A DNA stretch of 64,000 nucleotides from a candidate division WWE3 bacterium RIFOXYC1_FULL_40_10 (GCA_001773215.1 MEWB01000001.1:678099-742098); one strand, 5' to 3'; shown: positions 19,704 to 29,100, numbered from the stretch's first letter. Numbers and translations are program-made. Notes: generated by a model from the letters alone, not told the origin.

Positions 19704-19731
19704 GAAAGGCTTGTGGTACACTTGGCTAGCT

Positions 19732-20100
19732 ATGATAGAAAAAAACGTTATAAAACGATTCCAAATATTAGAAGAACTTTTGCAGGAGTTGAATAAACTT
19801 AAAGAAAACTACCAGGATTTACTGGAAGGGGATGCAACATACCAGCAACTCCAAGAGGAATCAACTAAGTTTAGAGAAGAGTCAAAAGAAAAACGCCAAA
19901 AGGTAAAATCCAACGAAACTTTAATCCATTTGGAAGAGGAAATGAAAATTATTAAAGATGATATTAAGGATAATCGCCAAGTTTTAGCTCAAGAATTGGC
20001 AGATTACTACAAGGAAAGCGGATTAATGGAGATTACCGGAGAAGACGGAGTTACCAGGAAATTTGCTTTTTCAGTTAGAATTACCGAAGAAAAAGAGTAA
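19732..20100 (+). CDS. Coiled-coil hypothetical protein
   Basis: The ORF-track GTG start at 19687 lies inside the terminator hairpin, so the start is taken at the ATG at 19732. The protein is E/K/Q-rich with heptad-like repeats. Confidence 0.3.
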   Translation: MIEKNVIKRFQILEELLQELNKLKENYQDLLEGDATYQQLQEESTKFREESKEKRQKVKSNETLIHLEEEMKIIKDDIKDNRQVLAQELADYYKESGLMEITGEDGVTRKFAFSVRITEEKE

Positions 20101-20253
20101 TTTATTGATATTTTAAGTTAATATAGGATAATACAAATATGCCGAATAAAAAGAAACGAGACGCTCAAAAATCAAGAATGGCCAGAAGAAAAAAATCCAG
20201 CCATAAGAGAATAACCAGATAGAACTTTGAAGAGCTCTTGATAACCTGTAGTA

Positions 20254-20282
20254 TTGACACCTTGGGATTTTTTTGCTACAAT
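20254..20282 (+). promoter_or_regulatory. Near-consensus sigma70 promoter (TTGACA, 17 nt, TACAAT)
   Basis: TTGACA at 20254-20259, a 17-nt spacer, and TACAAT at 20277-20282. The downstream gene at 20365 has an AAGGAGG RBS. Confidence 0.5.
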
Positions 20283-20364
20283 AGCACAAGTTCTTCAAAT
20301 ACCCCTCATAGTATATATGTACCACCATAAATTTCATTAATTCCAGCTGATAAGGAGGAGTAAC

Positions 20365-20592
20365 ATGTGTTTCGTTACAGTGCCATTGGTAATTAGTCTA
20401 ATCACCGCTTTAATTAGCGGAGGAGAGCTGTTCTTCGAATGGGCATACGACGGGTGGGTTGCCACTATCACATGGGCCAACCCAACGTTTAAAATTTTCT
20501 CGGTATCCACAGGGGCCTGCGTGATATTGTTAGTGGCTTCTTATATCGTCTTCTCTTTTTTGTATGATGGGAAGTCTGGTGTAGTTAAGTGA
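20365..20592 (+). CDS. Small membrane protein (2 TM), hypothetical
   Basis: 75 aa with two hydrophobic helices, a strong promoter, an AAGGAGG RBS 7 nt upstream, and a terminator-like hairpin downstream. Confidence 0.45.
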   Translation: MCFVTVPLVISLITALISGGELFFEWAYDGWVATITWANPTFKIFSVSTGACVILLVASYIVFSFLYDGKSGVVK

Positions 20593-20596
20593 AATA

Positions 20597-20646
20597 CCCT
20601 GGGGGTTATACAGACTACTTGTTTGTGTAATCTCCAGGGCTTTTTT
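20597..20646 (+). terminator. Terminator-like hairpin with a long loop and T-run
   Basis: A ccctggggg / ctccaggg stem of about 8-9 bp, a ~25-nt loop, then cTTTTTT. Overlaps the 3' end of uppS on the other strand. Confidence 0.35.
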
Positions 20647-21448
20647 GTGAATTACCTCCGTACCTTCTATCCCTACCGGAGAAATCCTCTATCGCTTTAA
20701 TTAACTCCTCAGGAGTAAAAGCAGGCAAATAAACTTCGGGAAAATACATTTCCGAATAAGCCAATTGCCAAGAGAGAAACCCGCTAAGCCTTTGTTCCCC
20801 GCCCGTTCTGATAATAAGGTCGGGATACGGATAAGGCTGGTCTTTGGTATCCAAGTAATTTTTAAATAAAGGCATAGAGTACTTACCGTTAAACTTACCC
20901 ACTTCTTCCGATAGCTCTTCCGGTTTAATTTTCCCGGCTAAAACATCTTTGATAGCCTTTTGGATTGCCCGGAGTATATCGTCGTGCCCTCCATAATCCA
21001 GTGCAATATTTATTACGTTTTTTGTGAAACCCTTGGTCTTTTCCTCTGCATCCAAAATTTTATTTTTCAACTTTACCGGGATACGATCTTTTCGGCCTAA
21101 ATGGTAGACTCTGGTTTTATTTTCTAAAGCCTCTTTTAGGGTTTCGTCAAAATGGCGAATATATAGATTCATAAGATAATCTACTTCTTCTTTTGACCTG
21201 TTCCAATTTTCGGTAGAAAAAACCCAAAGAGTTACAGTGTGTACACCCATTTCATGAGCTTTGCGCACTAATTTTCTGGCGGCTTGGAAGCCCTCGAAAT
21301 GGCCTTGGAATGTGGGCAAGCCTTTTTCTTTTGCCCATCTTCTGTTGCCATCGCAAACCACTGCGATGTGATTAGGTATTTTTAAATTTTCGGTATTAGT
21401 GTTTTCTATATTATCTGACATATACAAGTTGCCTGGCGGACCAGCCAC
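20615..21448 (-). CDS. uppS: Undecaprenyl-diphosphate synthase (cis-prenyltransferase)
   Basis: HIAVVCDGNRRWA substrate-binding motif, later RTGGEQRLSGFL and WQLAYSE motifs. Has a ~25-aa C-terminal extension. Confidence 0.85.
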   Translation of the reverse strand: MAGPPGNLYMSDNIENTNTENLKIPNHIAVVCDGNRRWAKEKGLPTFQGHFEGFQAARKLVRKAHEMGVHTVTLWVFSTENWNRSKEEVDYLMNLYIRHFDETLKEALENKTRVYHLGRKDRIPVKLKNKILDAEEKTKGFTKNVINIALDYGGHDDILRAIQKAIKDVLAGKIKPEELSEEVGKFNGKYSMPLFKNYLDTKDQPYPYPDLIIRTGGEQRLSGFLSWQLAYSEMYFPEVYLPAFTPEELIKAIEDFSGRDRRYGGNSQKSPGDYTNK

Positions 21449-21528
21449 AGCGATTAGTATACCAAAGATGTGGAATTATGAAAAAGAAAACCGGAAGAAT
21501 GGATAATTCCAAACTCCCGGTAGCAAAC

Positions 21529-21888
21529 TTAGTAAAGTTGGAGACTGTTAGGGGATACCCTAAAAGCCGAAGCAAAGTTTTGTATTGTGAGTGTCTTACA
21601 AACATTAAAATGCTTAAGCAACCACTCGGAACGAAGAACTGAATCTACTTCCGGCGCGTCTCCCTCAAATTTTGTCATCCTAACCTTAAACCCGGTATAG
21701 TTTTGCTCCAAAACAAGAGGATCCCCCTCAAAATCTACGACTGCGAAAAGATAGGGAAAATCGTCCTCCGGGAAATAACCGAAGAACTCGTCGTTTTCTT
21801 TCCACCTTTCTCCAAAAGCTACTCTTGTAATGGTTTGAATGTCTTTACCATTAACCGAAAAGCCTGGAAAATGGATATTAAACTCCAT
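21529..21888 (-). CDS. Hypothetical protein
   Basis: 119 aa; an AGGAGG RBS lies 7 nt upstream of the ATG. No family recognised. Confidence 0.35.
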   Translation of the reverse strand: MEFNIHFPGFSVNGKDIQTITRVAFGERWKENDEFFGYFPEDDFPYLFAVVDFEGDPLVLEQNYTGFKVRMTKFEGDAPEVDSVLRSEWLLKHFNVCKTLTIQNFASAFRVSPNSLQLY

Positions 21889-21999
21889 ACTAACCTCCTG
21901 AGTACTGTATTCGGCTCATTATACACCTATAGTACATAAACCCTTGCTCGCTGATCGAAAATGTAATATATATATCAGAGCAAGTTTCCACTTAAAATT

Positions 22000-22920
22000 A
22001 TGATAGCTGTTGAAAAATTAAGTAAAAATTTTGGAAATATTAGTGCAATCAAGGATTTATCCTTTTCGATAAATGATGGTGAAATTGTGGGACTACTAGG
22101 GCCCAACGGAGCCGGCAAAACAACCACTATGCGTGTACTCAGCGGGTTCTACGCCCCCGATGAGGGTACTGTAAATATAAACGGAAGCGATATATTAACT
22201 CATACACAAGAGGCTCAAAGCCAAATCGGCTATCTCCCGGAAAACAACCCTCTTTACAAAGATATGTTAGTAGAAGAAATTTTGGATTTCTCGCTAGACT
22301 TAAAAAACATTCAAGGACACGAAAGAAAGGAAGCATTGGATTTTGCAATTAGGTCCGTAAATATTGCAGATGTATATTATCGCCCTGTTAACGAGCTATC
22401 TAAGGGATATAAACAACGTGTTGGAATTGCAGTCGCCCTTCTTCACAAACCAAAAATTCTAATAATGGACGAACCGACCGAGGGCCTTGACCCAAACCAG
22501 AGAACCGAAATTCGTAATTTGATTAAAAATTTGGCGAAAGAACACACCATCATTATTAGTACTCACGTAATGCAAGAGGTTGAAGCAATTTGTTCAAGAG
22601 TGATATTGATAAGTAAGGGCGAATTAAAAGCCGACAGCCCCGTCCATGAGCTTTCTAGAGGACTAAAAAGTGAAAAGTTAATTCAAATAGACATTGAGGG
22701 AAAAAATGTCAAAACTGAGATTCGTAAAATTTCGGCTATTAAGGAAATTCAAAACGAACAAATTCTTGGAGATAGATATTCAGCAAGGCTTATCATTGAT
22801 ACCAATACTGAGATACAACCCCAGCTTAGTAGCCAAATACACAATAACAAATGGACCATTTGGCGACTTTCGGAAGAAAAATTACAGTTGGAAGACATAT
22901 TTAAACAATTAACATCATGA
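22000..22920 (+). CDS. ABC transporter ATP-binding protein (GldA-like)
   Basis: Walker A GPNGAGKTT, ABC signature LSKGYKQRVGIA, Walker B ILIMDEPTEGLD, H-loop. Confidence 0.85.
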   Translation: MIAVEKLSKNFGNISAIKDLSFSINDGEIVGLLGPNGAGKTTTMRVLSGFYAPDEGTVNINGSDILTHTQEAQSQIGYLPENNPLYKDMLVEEILDFSLDLKNIQGHERKEALDFAIRSVNIADVYYRPVNELSKGYKQRVGIAVALLHKPKILIMDEPTEGLDPNQRTEIRNLIKNLAKEHTIIISTHVMQEVEAICSRVILISKGELKADSPVHELSRGLKSEKLIQIDIEGKNVKTEIRKISAIKEIQNEQILGDRYSARLIIDTNTEIQPQLSSQIHNNKWTIWRLSEEKLQLEDIFKQLTS

Positions 22921-25145
22921 ATAAAGCAAACATACTAAAAATAGTGAAAAAAGAAAATAAAGCTGTAGCGGGCAGCCCTGCAACATACGTTATCTTGATA
23001 GTTTTCTTAACTCTCTGGGAATTTCTGTTCTTTAGAAACGCATTCCTTATCTCTACAACCTCACTTAGGGATCTTTTCGACTGGCTTCCGTGGTTATTAC
23101 TAGTCTTTGTGTCGGCTGTAACTATGGGCAGTATTTCAAAAGAATCCGAGGATGGCACAATGGAATTGGTTTTGACACATCCCGTAAAAGAAATCGAATT
23201 TATTATCGGAAAATATCTGTCATCTCTATTGTTTGTGTCTTTAGGTTTGCTTTTCTCTATTCCAATCGCATTAACTTTTGCTAAATTCGGCAAGTTTGAC
23301 TGGGGGATATTTGCCGCTCAATTACTGGGGAGCATATTCTTCGCAGCTACACTATCGGCGCTAGGCACCTTTGTATCCAGTGTACTTAAAAACCAAATAG
23401 GAGCTTTTTTAGTTACGGCTACATCAGGATTTTTGTTGATCCTCTCGGGAACTGACTTCGTTCTGGAAACTTTTCCATTTTGGGCAGCTCAAATCGTGAG
23501 CAAAATCTCATTAATAACACACTTTCAAAACATATCAAAAGGCGTCTTGGATCTAAAAGATATCACCTACTTTTTTGGGTTTATAGCAATATTTTTATCA
23601 TTAACATACCTGCAATTTATTGCTAAAAAGTTTGGCTCCAATAAAAAGGCCTATTCCGACGTAAAAGTTGGAGTAATACTGATTTCGGGCATATTCGCAT
23701 TGGTGGTAGCCCTTGGGGATCGAATATCCTTGAGAGTAGACCTGAGTCAAGGGCGAGTGTTCACACTTTCAGGTGCAACTAAACAGGTTTTGGGACAGCT
23801 TACTGATATTGTTACAGTCACCGTTTATTCTACACAAAAACTTCCGCCGCAAAGTAGCCAGTATTTAAGAGAAACAAAAGACCTTCTCAATGACTATAAA
23901 TCAAGAGCAAACGGCAATTTAATTATAAAAACAATTGATCCAAGTAAAGATCCTGTTTTCGCCCAGGAAGCTGAAACCTTAGGCATCCCGATGATTAGAT
24001 TTAATACTTTAGAAGGCCAAAACTACCAATCGGTCACAGGCTACCTAGGTTTGGCAGTTACATACGCAGGAAAATCAGAAGTTATCCCAGTAATACAAAC
24101 CACCGGAGACCTCGAATACCAGCTTACCGGGATAATTAAAAAACTTACAGTTAAGGACAAAAAAACCGTTGGCATTGTTATTAACACTGCTAATACTCAG
24201 ATAACTGAGTATTCATTACTCATAAAAGAATTGGAAAATCAATTTAAACTGGTTTACCCGGATTTGACACAGGAAGATGTAACCTTGCCTGTTGAACTTA
24301 GTACCCTTGTTATTGTGGGACCCACAGCTGATTATCCGCCAACTGTTTTGTCGAAACTTCAAGCATATGTAAACGAGGGAAAAAGCCTGATGCTACTTAT
24401 GGACGGAAGACAAATAAATGTAACAGAATCCTCAGTGGAATCTACCGCAGTAACTGCGAATGCCTCCGCTCTGATTAGCTCTTTGGGTGTAACAGTTAAT
24501 AACGACCTGGCCTACGACCTGGAATTAAACGAAACCGTGAGAATTAATAACGGACCTATTTCCTACCTCCTCCCCTATCCCTATTGGCTAAAAGCAGTAA
24601 CAGCAAAGGAACAACACCAAATCACCTCTAAAATAGATACCGTATACATGCCTTGGACAAGTTCGATCAGTATAAACGAGGATAGCGCTACCCAATCCGG
24701 GTATGATATCAAAAAGCTATTGATGACATCTTCCCACGGGGGTATTTCCTCCGGAACAGCTAATATTGGCCCTGATGCACAACCGGAAAATAAAAACCTT
24801 GGGGAACAAGTGCTGGCTGTTGCATTACAACCTAAGGAAGGCACAACCGGAAAAGCCAGAATTGTTGTAGCCGGAGATTCAGAGTTTATATTAGATAGGT
24901 CGGTGCAGAGCGGCCCTTCCGGAATAGTTTTTGGCCTAAACGCAATAAGCTGGCTCACTCAAGAAGACTCATTAGGAGAAATAAAGATAAAGGCTGAACC
25001 TTTTGGCACAATGACTTTTTCGAACAAGAATATGCCGCAATTGATTAAAATCGGAAATTTGGCATTAGCAATAGGCCTCCCCCTTATTATTGGCGTTATC
25101 TATATTTCTTTGAGAAATAAACTTAAAACCGGAAGTTATAAATGA
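22917..25145 (+). CDS. ABC-2-type permease fused to a GldG-like extracytoplasmic domain
   Basis: The N-terminal ~240 aa carry 6 TM helices (ABC-2/GldF-like). The ~450-aa hydrophilic domain resembles the ABC-type gliding-motility auxiliary subunit GldG and is followed by a C-terminal TM anchor. The start overlaps the ATPase stop. Confidence 0.55.
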   Translation: MNKANILKIVKKENKAVAGSPATYVILIVFLTLWEFLFFRNAFLISTTSLRDLFDWLPWLLLVFVSAVTMGSISKESEDGTMELVLTHPVKEIEFIIGKYLSSLLFVSLGLLFSIPIALTFAKFGKFDWGIFAAQLLGSIFFAATLSALGTFVSSVLKNQIGAFLVTATSGFLLILSGTDFVLETFPFWAAQIVSKISLITHFQNISKGVLDLKDITYFFGFIAIFLSLTYLQFIAKKFGSNKKAYSDVKVGVILISGIFALVVALGDRISLRVDLSQGRVFTLSGATKQVLGQLTDIVTVTVYSTQKLPPQSSQYLRETKDLLNDYKSRANGNLIIKTIDPSKDPVFAQEAETLGIPMIRFNTLEGQNYQSVTGYLGLAVTYAGKSEVIPVIQTTGDLEYQLTGIIKKLTVKDKKTVGIVINTANTQITEYSLLIKELENQFKLVYPDLTQEDVTLPVELSTLVIVGPTADYPPTVLSKLQAYVNEGKSLMLLMDGRQINVTESSVESTAVTANASALISSLGVTVNNDLAYDLELNETVRINNGPISYLLPYPYWLKAVTAKEQHQITSKIDTVYMPWTSSISINEDSATQSGYDIKKLLMTSSHGGISSGTANIGPDAQPENKNLGEQVLAVALQPKEGTTGKARIVVAGDSEFILDRSVQSGPSGIVFGLNAISWLTQEDSLGEIKIKAEPFGTMTFSNKNMPQLIKIGNLALAIGLPLIIGVIYISLRNKLKTGSYK

Positions 25146-26050
25146 GCAATAAAACTACCAAAATCCTATTAGCCGTATTTTTGCTATTGTTCGTGTTGGT
25201 AATAGCCCCGAGCGCTTACGAAAAATATAAATCCAAAACCTCGGCTCCCGGATTTGTTTCAAATGACTCATGGATTGAATCGCTAAATACAGCTGAATTA
25301 ACTAAAATTATTCTCGAGGACACTCAAGGAAATATTGAACTGACCAGAACAAATGATAATTGGCAGGTAAATGGTAAGAGAGCCGATGGTATGGAAGTAG
25401 CTAGTTTTATTACCAAGATTAAAGAAACAAAGAAGGGTGATTTAATATCCAGAAACAAGGATAATCATTCGGATTTAGGAGTAACAAACGAAGCAGGAAC
25501 AAAATTAACTTTATCCTCACCAAAGCAGGAAACTACACTTCTAGTAGGAAATTCCACCTTAAGCGGTAACTCTTTTTACTATCGTAAAGCAGATCAGGAT
25601 CTCGTATTTATCGGGTTATCGGACCTGCAAACCTTCACCAATACAGAAGAGGTTAAGTGGCGAGATAAAAAAGTGTTTAATTTAGACCAAAATTTAATCG
25701 GCAAGGTTCAGATTAGCGGGTATAATACATTTTCCCTTGATAAAGATACTAATTCTAAAATATGGTCCAAAAACCTGTGGGGAAACATAACTCCCTTCGA
25801 CAGTGAAACTTCGGGGAAGATAGATACCGCGTTTTCACCACTAACAGGATTTGGATTTGCCAGCCAACAAGAAACAGCTGACTTTAATACTTCCTGGGAT
25901 AAATACACTGTCGTAATTTCGGATACTCAAGGAGTAGAATTGACAAGGTTTGAAACCAGAAAATCCGGAGAAGACTACATCGTAAAAGCCTCAAATTCCG
26001 AGGATCTCTTTAAATTATATAAATCAAAATTAGACTTTATTTTAGAGTAA
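25142..26050 (+). CDS. Secreted or anchored protein of the type usually encoded after GldG-like ABC components (DUF4340-like)
   Basis: 302 aa with an N-terminal signal anchor and a beta-rich composition. Sits downstream of, and translationally coupled to, the GldG-like gene. Confidence 0.35.
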   Translation: MSNKTTKILLAVFLLLFVLVIAPSAYEKYKSKTSAPGFVSNDSWIESLNTAELTKIILEDTQGNIELTRTNDNWQVNGKRADGMEVASFITKIKETKKGDLISRNKDNHSDLGVTNEAGTKLTLSSPKQETTLLVGNSTLSGNSFYYRKADQDLVFIGLSDLQTFTNTEEVKWRDKKVFNLDQNLIGKVQISGYNTFSLDKDTNSKIWSKNLWGNITPFDSETSGKIDTAFSPLTGFGFASQQETADFNTSWDKYTVVISDTQGVELTRFETRKSGEDYIVKASNSEDLFKLYKSKLDFILE

Positions 26051-26093
26051 TAGTATACTCCAATCACAATTAGACCTAAAAAAGGAGTTTGCA

Positions 26094-26471
26094 ATGAATG
26101 TGGCTCAGGCAATTCAAAACTTTTTCTCAACTGTGTTTACACCAGTCACCCTCCCGTTCCGAATTTTAGCTTTTATGGCAAGCAACACAAGGTCCGACGA
26201 GGGATTCAAACTTGGAATTGGTATCAGCTTGTTTTTTCTATTGGTTCTAGGCATGATTCACAGTATAGGGACTGTTGACTTAACTGCATTAGTAGCATTC
26301 GTATACTTCTCAGCCTGGTTTCTAGGAGCAGGTTGGTTTTATGCAAGTGTAAGAAGTGGATTTATATCCGGAAGCTTTTTCCTTGGGTATTCCGCAACTA
26401 CTCTGCTCTGCCTGGATTCCTTGATAATTGCCCAACTAGTGCTGTACAAAGGCTTCCTATTCTGTATATAG
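26094..26471 (+). CDS. Small membrane protein (3-4 TM), hypothetical
   Basis: 125 aa, hydrophobic, with a GGAG RBS. Confidence 0.3.
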   Translation: MNVAQAIQNFFSTVFTPVTLPFRILAFMASNTRSDEGFKLGIGISLFFLLVLGMIHSIGTVDLTALVAFVYFSAWFLGAGWFYASVRSGFISGSFFLGYSATTLLCLDSLIIAQLVLYKGFLFCI

Positions 26472-26496
26472 AAATATAGGGCTTTTAGATATTTGT

Positions 26497-27081
26497 CTAA
26501 AGGCCCTTTACTATTTCCATAAAGTTTTTGGCGGAAATAATCTTGGGTGGAGGAAGTTCCTTATAATTTGGATTCGGAACTAAATCCAACGCGCCTTTTT
26601 TGATACAGACATAATAAGCCATGCCACCCAGCTTCTTAATTATTTCGTAATCGTGATCTGTATGCCCTTCTCTCCAGTCGTCGAAGGTTAACAGGGGGGT
26701 ACTCCCTAAATTACTCCAGGAATGTGCAAAATTCGGCGTGGTAACGATTTCATCGCCGGGCATAGCCTGAACAAAATAAACAGCTTTAACTTTGTCTTTA
26801 ACCCATTTACCACTGGAGTCATAGAACTTCTCCTGAACTTGATAAATACCTTCACCCTGAACTAAATGTGTTGTCTCAGTTGCATGTATATTGTGATAGT
26901 GTCCAAAAGTTTTAGGATACTCCTTTCCCAACATTTCATTCGAAATAATAGTCATGTTTTCCCACTTATCAGTTGAGATGCCCGAAAATACCCAGTAAAT
27001 TTCGACTGTTGAGAGGGGGATCGATTTGTCGAGTAACACCGACGACAAGCTTTTAACAGTTCGGGCAGATTTTAATTTCAT
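26497..27081 (-). CDS. Cupin-type glucose-6-phosphate isomerase (archaeal-type cPGI)
   Basis: Metal-site signature TFGHYH...ETTHLVQGEGIY (cPGI TxGHxHx6-8ExY) and a second His in PNFAHSW. GKEYPKTFGHYH parallels Pyrococcus PGI GKEFFFTKGHFH. 194 aa. Confidence 0.65.
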   Translation of the reverse strand: MKLKSARTVKSLSSVLLDKSIPLSTVEIYWVFSGISTDKWENMTIISNEMLGKEYPKTFGHYHNIHATETTHLVQGEGIYQVQEKFYDSSGKWVKDKVKAVYFVQAMPGDEIVTTPNFAHSWSNLGSTPLLTFDDWREGHTDHDYEIIKKLGGMAYYVCIKKGALDLVPNPNYKELPPPKIISAKNFMEIVKGL

Positions 27082-27110
27082 GATACAAGTTTAACTGATA
27101 AAATAATGAG

Positions 27111-28202
27111 ATGAAAGTATTAGTAACAGGAGCCGCAGGTTTTATAGGTAGCTATATAAGCCGAGCTTTAATTAATAGAGGTGACGATGTAATTGGTATA
27201 GATAATTTCGACGACTACTATCCCAGAAAAAGCAAGGAATTTAATCTGGATTTGGTTTACCTTATTGCAGAAGGCAGTGTTAAATATTTACCTGAAAATG
27301 AAACTATGCCGGTTTTTGAAAAAATTAACAGTTTTTTGCAAGCCGATACACGACTTCGTTCTCGTGATATTAAGGGTAAGTTTGTATTTGAAGAAGGTAA
27401 TATGATTGACGAAGGTTTTGTAAGGAAAAGCTTTGAGAAAAATAAACCTGACGCAGTTATTCATTTGGCGGCAAAGGCAGGCGTACCTTCTTCACTAAGA
27501 GACCCAACCGGCTATGTTAAAACCAATATGGTCGGCACAGCGAATCTTATTGAGGCTTGTAGAGACTTGGGCATTAAAAAATTCGTGTTTGGATCTTCTT
27601 CTACGGTTTACGGCAATCGAGAAGATAGAAAAATACATGAAGATGACGACATACTACATCCCGAATCTCCCTATGGGGCTACAAAGGTCGGGGGAGAGAT
27701 TTTTTGCTATACGGCATCAAAAGTATATGGAATAAAAACAACTGTGTGCAGAATAATTGGCCCTATATACGGACCTCTTCAAAGGCAATATGGCATGTTT
27801 ATGCAACGCGCTATTAACTTTACTTTTAATGATAGGGAAATATCGATATACGGTAAGAAGGGGCTTGAAACCTCCAAAAACAGCACTTACATTGACGATT
27901 TAGTATACGGCTTGCTGCTTTGCCTGGATTATGACAAGAACTTTGATGTCTTCAACATCGGATCAGGAGAGGCCCAAAAAATATCCGATTGGATTGGCGA
28001 GATAGAAAAGGCGATGGGAAAGAAAGTTAAATACACAGTAGTCGAAGCAGACAAGGGAGACGTGGGATCATCAGTGGATATTGCAAAGGCCCAGAAAATA
28101 TTAGGCTATAACCCTGCAATGCAGTTGTCCCAAGGGGTAAAACGCCAGGTAGAAACTTTCTTACTAATGCCCGATTGGTACAAGAACCAAAAAACCGTTT
28201 AG
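27111..28202 (+). CDS. NAD-dependent nucleotide-sugar epimerase/dehydratase (SDR family)
   Basis: VTGAAGFIGS Rossmann motif, catalytic YGATK (YxxxK); 363 aa, with a ~50-aa insertion after the first beta-alpha unit. Confidence 0.7.
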   Translation: MKVLVTGAAGFIGSYISRALINRGDDVIGIDNFDDYYPRKSKEFNLDLVYLIAEGSVKYLPENETMPVFEKINSFLQADTRLRSRDIKGKFVFEEGNMIDEGFVRKSFEKNKPDAVIHLAAKAGVPSSLRDPTGYVKTNMVGTANLIEACRDLGIKKFVFGSSSTVYGNREDRKIHEDDDILHPESPYGATKVGGEIFCYTASKVYGIKTTVCRIIGPIYGPLQRQYGMFMQRAINFTFNDREISIYGKKGLETSKNSTYIDDLVYGLLLCLDYDKNFDVFNIGSGEAQKISDWIGEIEKAMGKKVKYTVVEADKGDVGSSVDIAKAQKILGYNPAMQLSQGVKRQVETFLLMPDWYKNQKTV

Positions 28203-28203
28203 T

Positions 28204-29100
28204 TTATTGTACCGATCCCTCGTGGGAATAAAGTCCATAATCAAAAACCGACGGCATAGAGGGGTTTGATCTTACCGCAGTTATCTCCTTGGATATGCTC
28301 TGAGATTCAGAGCCAGATAAATAACCCTTGCATATGACTCTAAAACCCTGATTTGGCATCACGGTAGCAGGAGCCACAGGATAAACTCTGATAAGTGAAC
28401 CCTCGTACAACGCCCTAAGCCTCATACCATAGGGTGTGGGAGCACCTAATGTAGAAAAATTAACTGTCTTACATTGAAAACCAGACAAACTATGGTCAGT
28501 AGAAAGAAAAGAAGAGGTTGGTAACCCTATATCTCCTATTTGGTATCCTGTTCTAACCACATTAGCAGCGTTATAAACCACTACACTGATTGCAGTCGTA
28601 GGATTATTCCAGCACAAGTCTACAGAGTTTGCAGTGTAGCCTTCGAGAGAAACTTCTGTCATCTTACCTTCGGCAAGAGTGGTTTCAAAGGGATTTTGGT
28701 TTGAAAGAGTCTCAAATTTCGCTTCCGCCTGTAAAGTTAGATTTTCCGAGGCAGCCTTATAGGGCAGTACACACGCAGAGCCATCGACTGTGGCCACAAC
28801 CCCGGAACCGGCACCAAAAGCTTGTGAACACTCACTCGAGGTAGCTCCCGATTCAACAAGATTATCGACCTCAACAAGGGGCAACACTACAGCTCTCTCA
28901 ATACAACCTTCAGCGGCACCTAAAACTCTAGAATAAGTATCGGATGTTGTGGTTCGTTTAACGGAAGATAATGTTCTGTTAGATATGGATACACCTACCA
29001 CCATAGCCACCGAAACGGCAACTAAAACAAATAACAGAGCTTGTCCTTTTTTAAATTCATTTTTTTTCATATCTTTAATAACCATAAGTAATAGAGACAA
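28204..29100 (-). CDS. Secreted/anchored protein with a class-III-signal-peptide-like (pilin-like) N-terminus
   Basis: The likely start is MKKNEFKKG followed by QALLFVLVAVSVAMVVGV: a short basic leader ending in Gly, then a ~20-aa hydrophobic helix. There is no Glu at +5, so it is not a canonical type IV prepilin. The rest is beta-rich with several Cys. Overlaps the upstream giant gene by 26 nt. Confidence 0.35.
   Translation of the reverse strand: MSLLLMVIKDMKKNEFKKGQALLFVLVAVSVAMVVGVSISNRTLSSVKRTTTSDTYSRVLGAAEGCIERAVVLPLVEVDNLVESGATSSECSQAFGAGSGVVATVDGSACVLPYKAASENLTLQAEAKFETLSNQNPFETTLAEGKMTEVSLEGYTANSVDLCWNNPTTAISVVVYNAANVVRTGYQIGDIGLPTSSFLSTDHSLSGFQCKTVNFSTLGAPTPYGMRLRALYEGSLIRVYPVAPATVMPNQGFRVICKGYLSGSESQSISKEITAVRSNPSMPSVFDYGLYSHEGSVQ

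Noticed and set aside
20113-20337. 74-aa minus-strand ORF
   Set aside because: It overlaps the near-consensus plus-strand promoter and the 5' UTR of the 20365 gene. It has no RBS and an odd composition, and is likely spurious.
28204-29100. Calling the 298-aa protein a type IV pilin
   Set aside because: The N-terminus has a basic leader ending in Gly plus a hydrophobic helix, but it lacks the conserved Glu at +5 and the F/M-T-L-I-E consensus. No prepilin peptidase or pilus ATPase is nearby. It was kept only as pilin-like with low confidence.
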